Below, one piece after another: positions 52,043 through 64,000 of a DNA stretch of 64,000 nt. Every line of letters begins with the position of its first letter. Position 1 is the stretch's first letter. The translations under genes and the position numbers were made by a program. The notes beneath the pieces were generated by a model. That model did no database searches and was not told the origin of the DNA. It worked only from the letters and a program-made list of their open reading frames with translations. Source of the stretch: Zootoca vivipara (lineage: Eukaryota); NCBI RefSeq assembly GCF_963506605.1, contig NC_083277.1, positions 88,102,001-88,166,000 of the forward strand, read 5' to 3'.

Positions 52043-53140
52043 GTGAGTATAAATTCAGAGGCTATTACAATTACTAGAGAACTTGACATTGTCGGAGATG
52101 TCTTGTCAGGCAGCCCCACTGAATTTCAAGCCATGTCATCTGTCTGAAGTGCTTTTGCAGCTTGATCAAAACTCCTTCTAATTGGCTTTGGGCTGTTGCT
52201 CAGTGACATTGTGTTCTGACATGACACTTTATTTTTGTTGTTGTGGATTTACAGTATATAAATAGTTATGGAATAGCTTACAGATAAAACAACAGAATAG
52301 ATTGCAAAAACGACTGTAAAAGCAGCATAAAACAGCACAATATATTTAAAGAGTTTCAAGTGCTGGGAAAATAAGACTTGGTGCTAGAGATGCAGCATTA
52401 TTATTTATTTATTTATTTATTTATTACAAAACTTGCCTGCTTTTTGAGGAACTTCATTCACAAAGTGGCTTACAGTCTTCAATATCAGAGTAAGTGCTGC
52501 AGAAACCTCCCTGGAGAGAGGGTTTCACAGGCACAGATTGCCACTAAGAACTCTGTTGGATCAGACCAATGGCTCATCTAATCCAACATCCTGTTCTCTC
52601 ACTGCCCAACCAGATGCCTGAAAAGGCCCCTTTCCCCTTATCATCACATGCTTCACTTCAGATGGCACCTGGAGGACAAACTTTGAAGATGATCTCAGTG
52701 AACTGGCAGGCTTGATTCTTCAAGAATCCAAGCTTCAAGACATCCAGTTCTAAAGGCAAGCACCAGCTCCTTAAACTGTGTGCAGAAGCAGGCCTGAAGA
52801 CAGTGCCATTGGTTAAGCACTAGCAAGATATATTCCCGTCACCTGGTCACGGTTACAGTCCTTACTGCTGTGCTTTGGACCAATGGCAGCTTCCAAACAA
52901 TCTTCAGAGCAGCCCCACGTACAACACATTAGATTACTGTAATTTGGAGATTCCGGAGGACGAACCGCCTCTGTCCAAACCACCTCTGTCAAGGTGTGCA
53001 TCACCTTTGACTGTGAAAGATGCTCAGTGCCACGGAGGCCACTTGGGCCTCTAATGACAAAGCTATATTTAAAACCACCCTCAAAATTCCAACCTCCTTT
53101 AGGGGCAGCCCAGCCTTGCCTAGAACAGATCAAATACACA

Positions 53141-53182
53141 TTAGTTGGTCTTTAAGGTGCTACTGAAGGAATTTTTTTATTT
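53141..53182 (+). mobile_element. Penelope-like pLTR 3' fragment
   Basis: ttagttggtctttaaggtgctactgaaggaatttttt, same as the right arm of the 59515-59727 element. Confidence 0.7.
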
Positions 53183-53555
53183 TACATCCCCAAGGCAACA
53201 GAACCACCACCAGCAGTAAGCGTATCACTTGCAATCTCATCAGACTGCATTATTCTCTTTGTATTGATGATGACATGGGTCGTTTCTTCAGCAGACTCTT
53301 TTGCCTTTATGAATAGTTTTGTGATCCAGGGGACCGCCTTTGCACAAATGAAACACAGTTTTCCTTCCAGGATCTTGTATACTTTCTCTTCTGGGGAGGC
53401 AAGCACCCATTCCTTCCTTATTATTCCTGGTGTGGTTATCTGGGGGCATCAAACTGGCTCTTCTATCGGTATGGTAATCAGGATGGAGTATTTTGTCTTC
53501 CTTGTCCCTGCCTTCAATTTCTGCTTAGTAGATTTGTTCTATCTCACACTCTCAG

Positions 53556-53616
53556 GTTGCCTACTCTGTACCTGCAGCTCTCACACTGGTTGTCAGCCTC
53601 AGTCCACCAATTGCAG
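53556..53616 (+). CDS. TMEM220: TMEM220 exon 3 (VAYSVPAALTLVVSLSPPIA-D)
   Basis: 61 nt; ctcag| and |gtacag; phase fits exon 4. Confidence 0.88.
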
Positions 53617-54877
53617 GTACAGTATTAGATTCTCTCTTCCGATCCCCAAATCAATTGGACCATTCACCTCTTCCTCTTTGTTATATTAATTATGGTTATA
53701 ATTTGAGGGCAGGGGAGGTCTTTGTGTCTTGCCTATGTTCAGACTACCATTTAACATTTATTTAGTTCCAAAGTACTACTAGATGCTGTACAGAACTAAT
53801 ATGTAGTGAAGATGCTGGGTGGGGATATTAGACCCTTCATCAGATTCATTGATGGGAGCTCTTAAATGTTTCAAAACACCCTTCATTAGGATACACAATC
53901 TGAACAACTCATATTGTGCCTATTCATTTCCAACTTCTCCCTCCTACACATTTTTGGTGTTCCTTTAAACTAGGATCTTGGGTATGCTGAGCATTAATTC
54001 CCTTTTTATCATCCCATTGATATCCAGGATGTTCTTTTTTGAATGCTTGTTTATTTATAGTAATAGCTTGCATTATTTTTGTCCTTTTCATTGAAATGTC
54101 TCTAAGTTCTTTGTTTTAAAATTACCTATGGTTTAATTTTGTTACTAACTTGTTCCAAGTTAAGAGAAATCTGTATTTTTTGAAACACATTGTCCTATTT
54201 TACTATTCTTCTCTCTCTCTCTCTCTCTCTCTGATGAATTCTTCCATATCCTGATCACTTTCTCCCAGATGTCACATCTTAACCAATATTTTCTCAAAGT
54301 CAAAACTTCATTTGTTGTGGCGTGTCAGCTGTTTGTTCTGCTTTCTGCAATATAAAGTAATCTCTCGCATATATTAACTATTTGCTAAATCCAGTCTTTT
54401 AAGATATTTTATACCTGCATGAAGGATCTCTCCTCTTGTTCTCTGCTTTGGTGATCTTTAGTACATACCAAATATAAAATCACTTGTGGCACAATCCTAT
54501 GCATGTTCAGTTCAGTGAGCCAAACTCTGTAGAGGATTGCAGTTTCCTCCTCCTTATTGTTGTTTGAAGGCCTTCTGAAGAGACACATCCAAGGAAAATA
54601 AATTCAGTAACAGTCGGTAGATCCAGACTAAGTTAGTTGAACTTAATTCCCACTAATCAGTGTGAACTAAATTATGACTAACTTGTCCAGTTGGTTTCAT
54701 CTGGACCTAAGTTCAACTACGGTAACTTGGGCTACAATCCTATTTCCACTTCCTACGAGTAAGGCCCATTGAACTCAGCGGAGCTTACTTCTGAGTGGGC
54801 CTGTATAGGTTTGCACTGTTAGTTTGGAAATGTAAATTCTATTGAAATTTGTACCAATGACTTACCACTTTCCTTAG

Positions 54878-55001
54878 ACAATATTGTGTGGCGGAGTCTG
54901 TCAGATCTACATTCAGCTGCTTGTCTTGTGGGTTCTGCCATCTTGGGGTATTCCTTGTTTACTAACGCTCAGAAAAGCATCTTGCATGAGGAAGAAGGCA
55001 G
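54878..55001 (+). CDS. TMEM220: TMEM220 exon 4 (NIVWRSLSDLH...ILHEEEG-R)
   Basis: 124 nt; ILHEEEGRE signature; canonical splice sites. Confidence 0.92.
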
Positions 55002-55597
55002 GTATGTAATAATATTCCCCCCCCTGCAGTTTCCATATTGTCAACCTTCCACTGAAATTAGAGGTTTCTTTCTAGCATTCGGATTCTCACGAGACCCTAA
55101 CTATAGGTTTGTTAAGGACCAGAAGCCAGCAGGCCAGCAGAACACCCCAAAAACACAGGATTAAAGTTCTGAAATCCTTGGTTCAAATTCCAGAGAGATG
55201 CAGTTGTGTCAAGCTTCTCAACAAAAAGAAATCACAGCAGATTTTCCCTACAATCTGACCTCATTGTGGCTGCATACAGCCCACTGGAAGCAGTACTATA
55301 TAATTGGGAAGGGATAGGGACACAAAATTAAGGAAATGTCACAACCCCCTGCCCTCCCAATCTCTCCTGTTCCTCGTCTTCCATTACTTTGTACATGTAC
55401 TAAGCTACTGCCGCAGTGTTGGGCTTACTGCTATGATAGCTTTAAAGTGAGAACCTGTTTGCTTTCCTCCAGAGAAACTGACATCTGATACTTCTTATGG
55501 TAAGCTTATTTATCCTTGTTCTTTGCTGAATCTGCTTGCATGTGATTAAATGTATGGACAACACATTTGAATAACTTACAATCTTTTTTAAAAACAG

Positions 55598-55657
55598 GGA
55601 GTTATTTGGTCTGTTGATTGTTACCGTCTGGATGAGCCTTTGTCGTTGTTCAGCCAA
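55598..55657 (+). CDS. TMEM220: TMEM220 exon 5 (ELFGLLIVTVWMSLCRCSA-K)
   Basis: 60 nt; acag| and |gtgagt. Confidence 0.9.
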
Positions 55658-56199
55658 GTGAGTCTTTTAACTTATTTATTTCAGCCTTTACTCTTTACTC
55701 TATCGAATATATGGTATAGCCTTCTTCCCTCAAAATGACTTTAGTTTTGTGATGTTTTAGTTTTGTGATTAGTTTTATGCCTTAATGTAAACTTGAGCAT
55801 GTTCAAATAGTTTGCATTTTTCTATAAAGCATAATTTAAAAGTAACCCAGCATATAAAGGAGTGATTATTCATATTTCCTTTGGGGGGGGGATAGTTGTT
55901 CCCCACACCGCCCAAACTTGTGCTTGAGCAAAGCAACCAATTTTCTTCTCATTGTAGCCCCCAGAAAAGCTGCTCCTGGGTTTTGTGGGACCCTCTGGAG
56001 CAGCGTGGGTCAGATGGGCTGCAGGAGGTAAGGATTGGCAAAAATCAGCTACTGTGCCTTCGCAGAAACACTTTCTGATAGCACAACCCCACCATTAGGT
56101 GCAGCCCATAAAGTTTCAGACAAAATCTTTTTTTAAAATATAAAATAAAAATAGATGAAATTTCAACAAGTTGGTTCAGTTCCTGTTAATTCGACTTGA

Positions 56200-56364
<165 letters not shown>

Positions 56365-57493
56365 GGTGGAAATGACGCAATCTGTGTTCTAGCGCCTATT
56401 TGCCCAGCTCTGATTTGTCAGTGGTGCCAAATCAACAGTGATCACAGCCATGGCTGAGATCAGTTTGTTTCCTCGAGAGTCCAGTTTTAAATTGTCTGTT
56501 ATGTTATTGAATCCTGGAAACTCGAGCACAATTAGAGTGGAATTTTCTGGATCCTGGTCCAGATTTTCAAGGAAAGAATATATCTGCAATAAAGCCACAT
56601 GGGTTAGGGCTGCATTAACTACAGGCCCTTGGTACCTGCAAGGGATTGGATCAAATGAAACAGGTGCTTCTGCGGGAACAGCTGGACTCTAGAAGTGATT
56701 TGAACTTACTGCTGAAACCAGTGGAGCTGAAGCTGCAGAACAGCCTTGAAGGGACAGCAGTGTTCGTATGTTTTACAGACTGTAATTAAAACTACTTACG
56801 ATAGAACAACTGGGTCTCTGAGCAATCTGTCTGGATTTTCATTTGAATTTTACTGTCACACACCCCGCCTACCTCATTTGGACATATCTGCAGAGCACAT
56901 TACAATATCCTGATGGTTAGTTTGCAGTCCTATAAAGATGTGACAGAAAGCAGAAGCTGTAGTGTGTCTCAAGTAAGGCAATATAGGTAAAGAGAGAGCA
57001 TATTAACCCATCTGTTTCTTTGCTAGAAGCTACTAGCAAAGTGAAATACATTGAAAATATGATCTGTAATATTATGACTCTTGCTTTTTGTCCAGCCTTA
57101 AAACAGGGTATGATAATCAGACTTGAATAAATATGCAATTATTCACAGTTTAGACAAAAGGTGCCCAGCCACTAATTTTTATTTTCAAATTTAAATGTAT
57201 GCATTTCTAATTATAGAAATATTTATAAATTTTCAAATAAAAAAAAATACATGGGATATTAAATAATTTACACACCAACATTCTAAAATCATAAAAATAT
57301 ATATAGAACAAAAGCCCAACACTGAATCAAATGTAATTGATTACATTTCTACACCTCACTAAGCATTGCAGACATTTAGCTTGCTTGACACTTAAATTTG
57401 AACATGCCAATCCGTGGGTTGAAATGAGCTTCAGGCAAATAGTTACTCCAGCATAGTGCACAATGCATTACATAGTAATCGGACCTAATACAA

Positions 57494-57804
57494 TCATCTG
57501 TGAAAAGTCTGATTACCTTTGTAATGCATCACTCGATCTAGAATCCTTCCTCTTCCTTCCAATACCATCCTGTCATGATAGACATGTATAGTTCCAAAAG
57601 CATGGCTTTCTGGGGGAGTTTCTATAATGCCATCAAGAGTAACATGGTGAACTCCATAAGAGTCTAAACAGTATCCACCAAAATGAAGGTGGCCTGCAAG
57701 ATAGCACACCACAGAGTGATGCGAGTGGATGACAGAAAGGGCATCTTTATAATTCCAAGCCAGGCTGACATCGCTTGTAGAATTGGGGTGGATGGGTATG
57801 TGCC
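57494..57804 (-). CDS. ADPRM: ADPRM last coding exon (G-HIPIHP...GHLHFGGY...[20 protein letters not shown])
   Basis: 311 nt; metallophosphoesterase HxP and GHxH motifs; tgcag| acceptor. Confidence 0.94.
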
Positions 57805-59198
57805 CTGCAACGGAGGAAGAGAGGCACTCAAAACGGGTGAAATTTCACAGTTGTTAACACGACTCTCCAAATGCTAAAGCTGCTGAGTTGTGCAGAATTT
57901 GGCTATATAGTATTCTCTGCAATGTTCACAATTAGACTGGCACCTGAAGTCATTTTAAGCAAAATTGTTACGAAAAGATGTTATGAGCTGAAGGTCCTTG
58001 ATTCACATGCTAGCTAGACCAATCATGATGAGTTGACTGAGTAGCAGGTAGAAAATTACAATTTCTTATGTTTGAGCACCAATTTAGGCATCCTTGTAGA
58101 AATGTGGAGCTGGGAGAAACAGGAGTAACTAGTCCACATTTTCCTACTGTCCTGTTATTTCTTTTTTGAGAAAACAGCTCAAACATACTTCAGAGCTTGA
58201 AAGAATAAAATAGAAGCCAAACTGGAGGCCTGATTCTCTCTGCCATGGGTTTGCAAGGTGACATGAGTTTTGTTTTTATTTCTTTAGGTTTATATTCAGG
58301 TGTTCAACTGAGTGATTCTAAAAGCAGCTTAAAACAAATTGTAAAACCCACACACAGCCTAGCAGTGCTTGGTCCTCTGGTCAATTAGATGAGGCCACAA
58401 TGCACTTCTCTTCAATCCCTGGGCAACTATCAGTTGGAACGGAGTCTTCTCTCTGGCACAAAAAGGGAAGCAAACTCCCCACGGCTGCTGCTTCCCTAGG
58501 GGATAGAGCCAGTCTGGTGTATCCCTTCCTGTGATGTTCTTCCTGGTGTGCAACCTCCCACTGGCCCTTAATCTTCTGGTTGGCAATACTTGATGAAGAA
58601 TAAAGCATTGTGATCAAAACCCACTACCCTAACTTTTAGCATGTGTCAGCTAAAGCAATAGAATGAGATGAAGGAAACCCTCAGTCTTTTGCCTCTAGTT
58701 CTAATGACCAAGCAACCCTCTCATAAGGCGCTTTTTCTAAGAAGTGTTCTGCTTGTGTCCCAGGAACTCCAAAGGAACCTGATTTCCCTGTACTGTTTAT
58801 CAACAGTACATTCACTCATTCCTTCCATAACACCTGATTTACACCCTATCCTTAAGGGACGGTGATTTGCAAGATCATAAATGGGACCTGACTATGTACC
58901 AAGTTCAATTTGTTTTGCAGAGCACCGTGTGGCTAAGCACACACGATCCATTTTTAATTTGCATGCCAGCTATTCCAGTAGACCTCAACCTATCCTGAAA
59001 ATGGATCTAGCCCACATAATGGCAGAATCAGACCACTGTGACATGAACAGAGTTCGCTCCAAAGGCCGATTTTGGGTGTGTGTCTCAGGCTTGAGAAATG
59101 GCTTGTCGGAATTGTAAACAGCAGAATTTCATGAGATATGCTGTGATATTCTATTACAGTTGCTGTGCCTTAAAAAGTGGAAAACAAAAAAGTCTTAC

Positions 59199-59315
59199 CC
59201 ATAATTACAGCTCTTTCTTGATTTTTGTCAGCATATGTAAGGACTTCATCAAGCCAACCCAGCTGTTCTTGACTGAATCCTCCATTGAACTGCACAAAAT
59301 GACATTCAACAAGAC
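59199..59315 (-). CDS. ADPRM: ADPRM middle coding exon ([21 protein letters not shown]...)
   Basis: 117 nt; FVQFNGG...QL.WL motif; canonical splice sites. Confidence 0.94.
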
Positions 59316-59514
59316 CTGTACAAAAAGAAAACCAAATAAAAAATATCACCAAATAAGCCATTTATATTTGATGTTACAAATGTGCATTTTAGAAAAATAT
59401 GCATTTTCCCCCTACAGGGACTTCTAAGTTAACCACATTCTTAAGAATAATCTAGCATTCAAGGCAAACTTTATAGATCAGTCAAAAATACTTTCTTTAA
59501 CTATAAACATAATA

Positions 59515-59727
59515 CTAGTTACAGGTAGGTAGCCGTGTTGGTCTGAGTCGAAGCAAAATAAAAAAATTCCTTCAGTAGCACCTTAAAGACCAACTAAGTT
59601 TTTGTTTTGGTATGAGCTTTCGTGTGCATGCACGAGGTGTATCTGAAGAAGTGTGCATGCACACGAAAGCTCATACCAAAATATAAACTTAGTTGGTCTT
59701 TAAGGTGCTACTGAAGGAATTTTTTTT
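59515..59727. mobile_element. Penelope-like inverted pLTR (foldback) insertion
   Basis: ~74-bp inverted arms; 13-bp TSD tataaacataata at 59502-59514 and 59728-59740. Confidence 0.85.
59639..59676 (+). ncRNA. Minimal type I hammerhead ribozyme motif
   Basis: GTAT-CTGAAGA-A-GTGTGCATGCACAC-GAAA-GC-TC^ATAC: stem I, CUGANGA core, stem II, GAAA, palindromic stem III remnant, UC cleavage site. Confidence 0.7.
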
Positions 59728-61003
59728 TATAAACATAATAGATATTCCTGTTCTTTAGCATGGAAAAAGGGACCCCAAATGTAGTTGTTTCTACAAATTT
59801 TGCATCTCTATGAAAGGGCACGTGGCCGTGCCAATGTATTGCCAAGTCTTGATTTAAAGCTTTTCCACACATTCTAGGAAAGAAGAGGTCCTATTTGTCC
59901 ACAACATGTCTCCATGGTGACTTTTATGTATGGGGAAGAGCCATGGGGAACTTATAGGCAAGTATTTGCCATGTGTTTTCAGATATTCATCTCCGTTCCA
60001 GACATTACTACTGTTTACTGTAGTGATGTGCAGTGCACAAATTGCAAGTTAATTTTCCAGTAATGTTTGAGAAAGTCCCAACTATCACAAGGAAACCATA
60101 GCTCAACAGGCCGAGATATTAATGAGCCCCAAGGCTTCTTACACACAGCACTCCACTCTTCCCTTTGCACAAGTGAGTGAACAAGCCAGGAAGTATTCAA
60201 TAAAACCAGTTTCGTGTTAGGTAGGTGTACACTAGAAAACTCTGGTTAATGGTTTCAAACCAAGCCATGATATGAAGCCATGATTAAAGTTGGGTTCTCA
60301 GCCTGGCTTTTCCCCAAGCTGTTAACCAAGCTTTCATGGTTAAGACAAAGAAGGGAAACAATAGTTAAGTGAAGACTTCGTGGTTTGCTTTCCTGATTCA
60401 ATAAACGAAAGAACAATGGAGCTGTATGCAGAGCCACGAGGCTCATATTGTGGCTTAGTGCAATCGTTTGTACTCAGCCTATTGCTTCCAACCAGGAAAC
60501 AAGCAACGTTCTATACATCCCTTTAAATAATACATCCTCAATCATATTGAGGTGTAGTCAAAGCATTTGATTGCACATTTCTGCGAATTAGAATGCTACC
60601 ATCTCCCACTTCCTCCAAAGTATGTTATATATATGTATACATTTGTACATATATACATACATTCGAAATGTCATTTTAAATGTTCTACATTCAGGCATTA
60701 AACAATTACTCTGAGACAAGTTCTCTATCCTTTAAGGGGATTACATAAATGCCATTAATGTGCAGCCCTGCCCACTGCCTGGCCTAATCTGGTAGAACTT
60801 TTTGTGTAGAAAAACTGCAACTCAAAAGTGAATGTTCTTCTGTTGTAGTCTCCTTCCACACACATTTTAAGTCAGAGAAATAAATGCAGATGTGTTTCTT
60901 TTTTTTTTTTTAGTGGCAGGTCCCTCAGTCTAGCACAAGGCCTGGTTCTACCTCAATGTGTGTCTGGAAACATACAAAAGCCCTGCTCAGCACAATACAG
61001 TAC

Positions 61004-61628
61004 CTAATGGACTATTCAGATTCTCATTTTGATTTTTTTCTCGCAGTAGTTTTAGAGAATCTTGATATTTTTTGGTAGATGTGTCCCTCCCCAGAATACT
61101 TATATCATAAGCATCAAGGATGATGAATCGAAATTTAGACATCGGGCAAAATTGATATGCATAATAGAATTCTGAAGCATTGTCTCCAGTGGAACTCTGG
61201 TCTCTATAAGAATTGCTAAGAAAAGTCTGTTCTTGTAAGTACTTGGTGTTCAGTGCAGAATCTACTAGATAGTCTCTGCTGAAGTTGTAAAATTCATGGT
61301 TGCCCCATATATGATGGACTGGGGCCTTGAGCTTCTTAAATTCTTCCAAGACTCTTCCCAGTGCTGTCTCTGACATCTTAAGTTCAGCATTGCAGCCATC
61401 AATGATGTCCCCAAATTGTAATACGAACTGAACATCTGTTCTATTCCAGTCTTCGATTGCACTCTGGAGGTGGCATAGGCTATGCTTATAATATCGCCTG
61501 TTCAGTCCACAGAAATCATAGCCATCTTCTCGATCCGCATACTGAATATCTGCTATGACTCCAAAGGAGAAGAGTGCCTCAGTAGTTGTGGCTCCTTGTG
61601 TACAGCTACAATTATTATCATCATCCAT
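61004..61628 (-). CDS. ADPRM: ADPRM first coding exon (Mn2+-dependent ADP-ribose/CDP-alcohol diphosphatase)
   Basis: [17 protein letters not shown] and WGNHE motifs; |gtactg donor at 61003; acceptor at about 61654. Confidence 0.95.
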
Positions 61629-62128
61629 AACTGCCCATATGTCCTGCCAAAATCTAGCACAAAGAAAGAAAGAAAATGATTTTCTTCAGATGCTGAACTG
61701 GTGGTGAGGGGGAAGTGTGGGTGCCTATGTATGTGTTATTCAAATATAGCTTTTAGGCGGCATTAGCCATCTTTTGGAGAAACTAGACTTCTATAAAGCT
61801 GACAGAATAAAATGTAGCCATCCTGTGCATATGTACTTGGATTAGGAGCAAGTTCTAGTGAACTGCTGAGTAAACATGCAGAGGAATGGGCTGCACCAGA
61901 TTTAGGGATGTCAGTGCTTTGAACCTCTTACACGAAGAACTGAAGTCTATAAGATTTGGCAAGTTACCTGCCGGCTTGTAAATCTGCAGAAAACAACCAC
62001 TACCACCCACGCATCTGTCTGCCTAGCCCTATAAACTCACTAGAGGAGGGAGGGGAAGTGCCTGGAGAACCCCCCCCCCAAAAAAACCACGTTACTATGG
62101 AAACGAGACAAATACCCACACCACTCAC

Positions 62129-62300
62129 CTCGCTTTAAAGAAACAGACCGGGAAAACCAAGTCCTCTTCTCAGGAAAAGCAGTGAAAGAAAATTAATCTA
62201 CTCTCTCAGCTTCACTTCATTTCCTGATCCATTTGCCCCTCCTCCTTGCTTGCTGCCTTCCCTCCGCCATAGAGAAATGGAAAGATTTTTTATAAAAGAT
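62129..62300 (-). other. ADPRM: Probable non-coding 5' UTR exon of ADPRM (5' limit uncertain)
   Basis: Strong donor CGAG|GTGAGT at 62129/62128, upstream of the coding-exon acceptor; inference. Confidence 0.5.
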
Positions 62301-62539
62301 CCCCTTTTATGGTAGGCTGTGGGTGGAACCAAGGAGTCAATTCTAGCGTCACAATCAAACTGTCTATAGAGACGAAACTTCCTGGTTATTTTCAATACTC
62401 CATCCCCCCCGTCTCAGCCACCCGAGGTTCGGAAGCAACTGAGAAATGGGAAGTTTGGGCGAAGCTGTGATCGGGTCCCAGAGAGTTTGTGCTGTATTTT
62501 AAATAAGTTTTTTAAACATTTAAAAACAACTTGTCCTTG

Positions 62540-63500
62540 CAAGTTTGTTATCCTAGTAATACGGCTGGGAAGGGCTGAGAGGGTGGCTTAGGACGGCTGT
62601 GCATCGCCGCCCCGACTAAGAAGCAGATCGGGCTCTTCAAAAATGACCGACTGCGATAAGGGCAGTATCTGGATCGAGGGCTGGCGGAAGATACGAAAGG
62701 AAACCATTTTGCCCCCTGCGTAACTGAGGTGACATAACTGCACGACTCCCGCGACCCAAAACCCTCCTTCCTCCCGGTTTCAATGAAAACCAACCCCCGT
62801 TTCCGGCGTGCTTCCGTCACTTCCTTTTCCGAAAAGCGTTTCTCCCTGACATTTCCGTCGAGCTAACTTTCAGAGAGACGAAAACCTATAGAGCCGAATG
62901 CAGCACTTCCCCTATGAACACTTCCGGGTCTACTTCCCTCCCCCCACACACACTCTTACAATCCCGTGCTAAGCACACGAGGTTTCCATCGTAGTGATGC
63001 CGAGGCTTAACTACGTGCTCTTTGTCCATGGATAATTTTTTTTGAAAGGACGACGACGATTTCAGTTGCTGGCGAATGCCAGGTTTCTCCCGGAAATCCA
63101 ACCTTTGTCACTACTCTTATATTTCCTAGTTCTATGGGCTGCAGGAGCGTGGCTGGACGGGGCGGGCGGGAAAGAGGATGGCGGTGGCGGCGATCCGGCT
63201 TCGTCCGCTGGCGATTTGGGGTCTCCGAACCCCTCCGCCGCGCTGGCCTTCCCTTTGCTATCGCGCTCAGCCCTTGGCTACACGGCCGCCGGGGGATAAG
63301 CCGCGGGAAGGGCCCAGCAAACCTGGGGTGAGCCAGTCCCGCTCCGCTCCAGGGGGAGCCGCTGCTCCTGGGCGCATCCAGGGCAGAGCATGGCGCCTTC
63401 TTCCGGGGGAGCTGGGGGCAGGGCGGGGAGGAGGCGCACGTAGAGCCCTTTAGGAAGACAAATGGTTGTCGGTCTGCTTGACGGTGCCGCTTCTCTTGTC
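62540..63500. promoter_or_regulatory. Bidirectional CpG-island promoter ADPRM/SCO1
   Basis: CpG-rich; clustered ETS/GABP-type CTTCCG/ACTTCC motifs at about 62800-62940; head-to-head genes. Confidence 0.75.
63178..63327 (+). CDS. SCO1: SCO1 exon 1 (mitochondrial presequence, MAVAAIRLRPL...GPSKPG)
   Basis: aggATGG Kozak context; Arg/Pro-rich presequence-like peptide ending PSKPG then |gtgagc, as I recall for human SCO1 exon 1; SCO1 is the known head-to-head neighbour of ADPRM. Confidence 0.75.
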
Positions 63501-63707
63501 CTGCGGCTGCAGGGGTGCGAAGTGACACCTGCTGACCAAATGCACCCCCTTTTGCATTTCCGCTTAAGTAGTGCAGGCGGAGCTACTTCTCGTTCCCTGC
63601 ATGGAGGAGAAGCAAGAGCCCCTGAATCTCTTTTCCAAATCTGAAGTTGCTGCTTTTAGCTGCGCTGGGTTCAAGGGGTTGTCTGCCTGAGCCGGTTGCT
63701 ATATAGG

Positions 63708-63928
63708 AAGTGGTTCTCAACGGCTTTTTTCATGCCCCACCTAGGCACCTCTAAAATCCTGACCCCCCCCCCGGTTACATAAAATTCTTATTAATAAAAA
63801 AGTGAACTCCTATTCACGTGGAGGAAGCCTAAAAGCCCCTTAACTTGGTCTAACTCATTCTCGAATTGCCCCCCTTAAAAATCAAATTGCCCCCTTGTGG
63901 GGCGTGTGCCCCATGTTGGGAACCATGG
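63708..63928. mobile_element. hAT-Charlie-like MITE in SCO1 intron 1
   Basis: Imperfect TIRs AGTGGTTCTCAAC/GTTGGGAACCA; approximate TSD ctatatag/ctatacag. Confidence 0.55.
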
Positions 63929-64000
63929 CTATACAGTAAGCCTGCAATTTACACTACATTCTGGGGATCATGCTTAAAGCCGAAATCACTTATAGTCAAA

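Overview
Vertebrate genomic DNA, inferred to be squamate (probably a lacertid lizard) from its Sauria SINE, BovB, CR1 and Penelope content. It holds four protein-coding genes. MAP2K4 (MKK4) is on the - strand: 11 coding exons from 47157 down to 549, 386 aa, plus a 33-nt alternative microexon at 37138-37170. TMEM220 is on the + strand: 6 exons, 50262-56364, 182 aa. ADPRM is on the - strand: 3 coding exons, 61628-57494, 350 aa. Only the first exon of SCO1 is present (+ strand, 63178-63327). Exon boundaries were read from GT/AG sites and phase continuity. The introns carry many transposable elements. These include an uninterrupted BovB RT ORF, Sauria SINEs, CR1/L2/L1 fragments and many hAT and Tc1/mariner MITEs with intact TSDs. 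Two DNA transposons carry CpG-rich minisatellites, and a Penelope-type foldback insertion carries a minimal hammerhead ribozyme. The best leads are the hammerhead foldback element, the CpG-island-carrying transposons, a regenerated 5' splice site at MAP2K4 exon 2, a candidate poison or in-frame cassette in MAP2K4 intron 2, and natural active-site substitutions in ADPRM. Comparisons with human proteins and TE families are from memory, not from searches.
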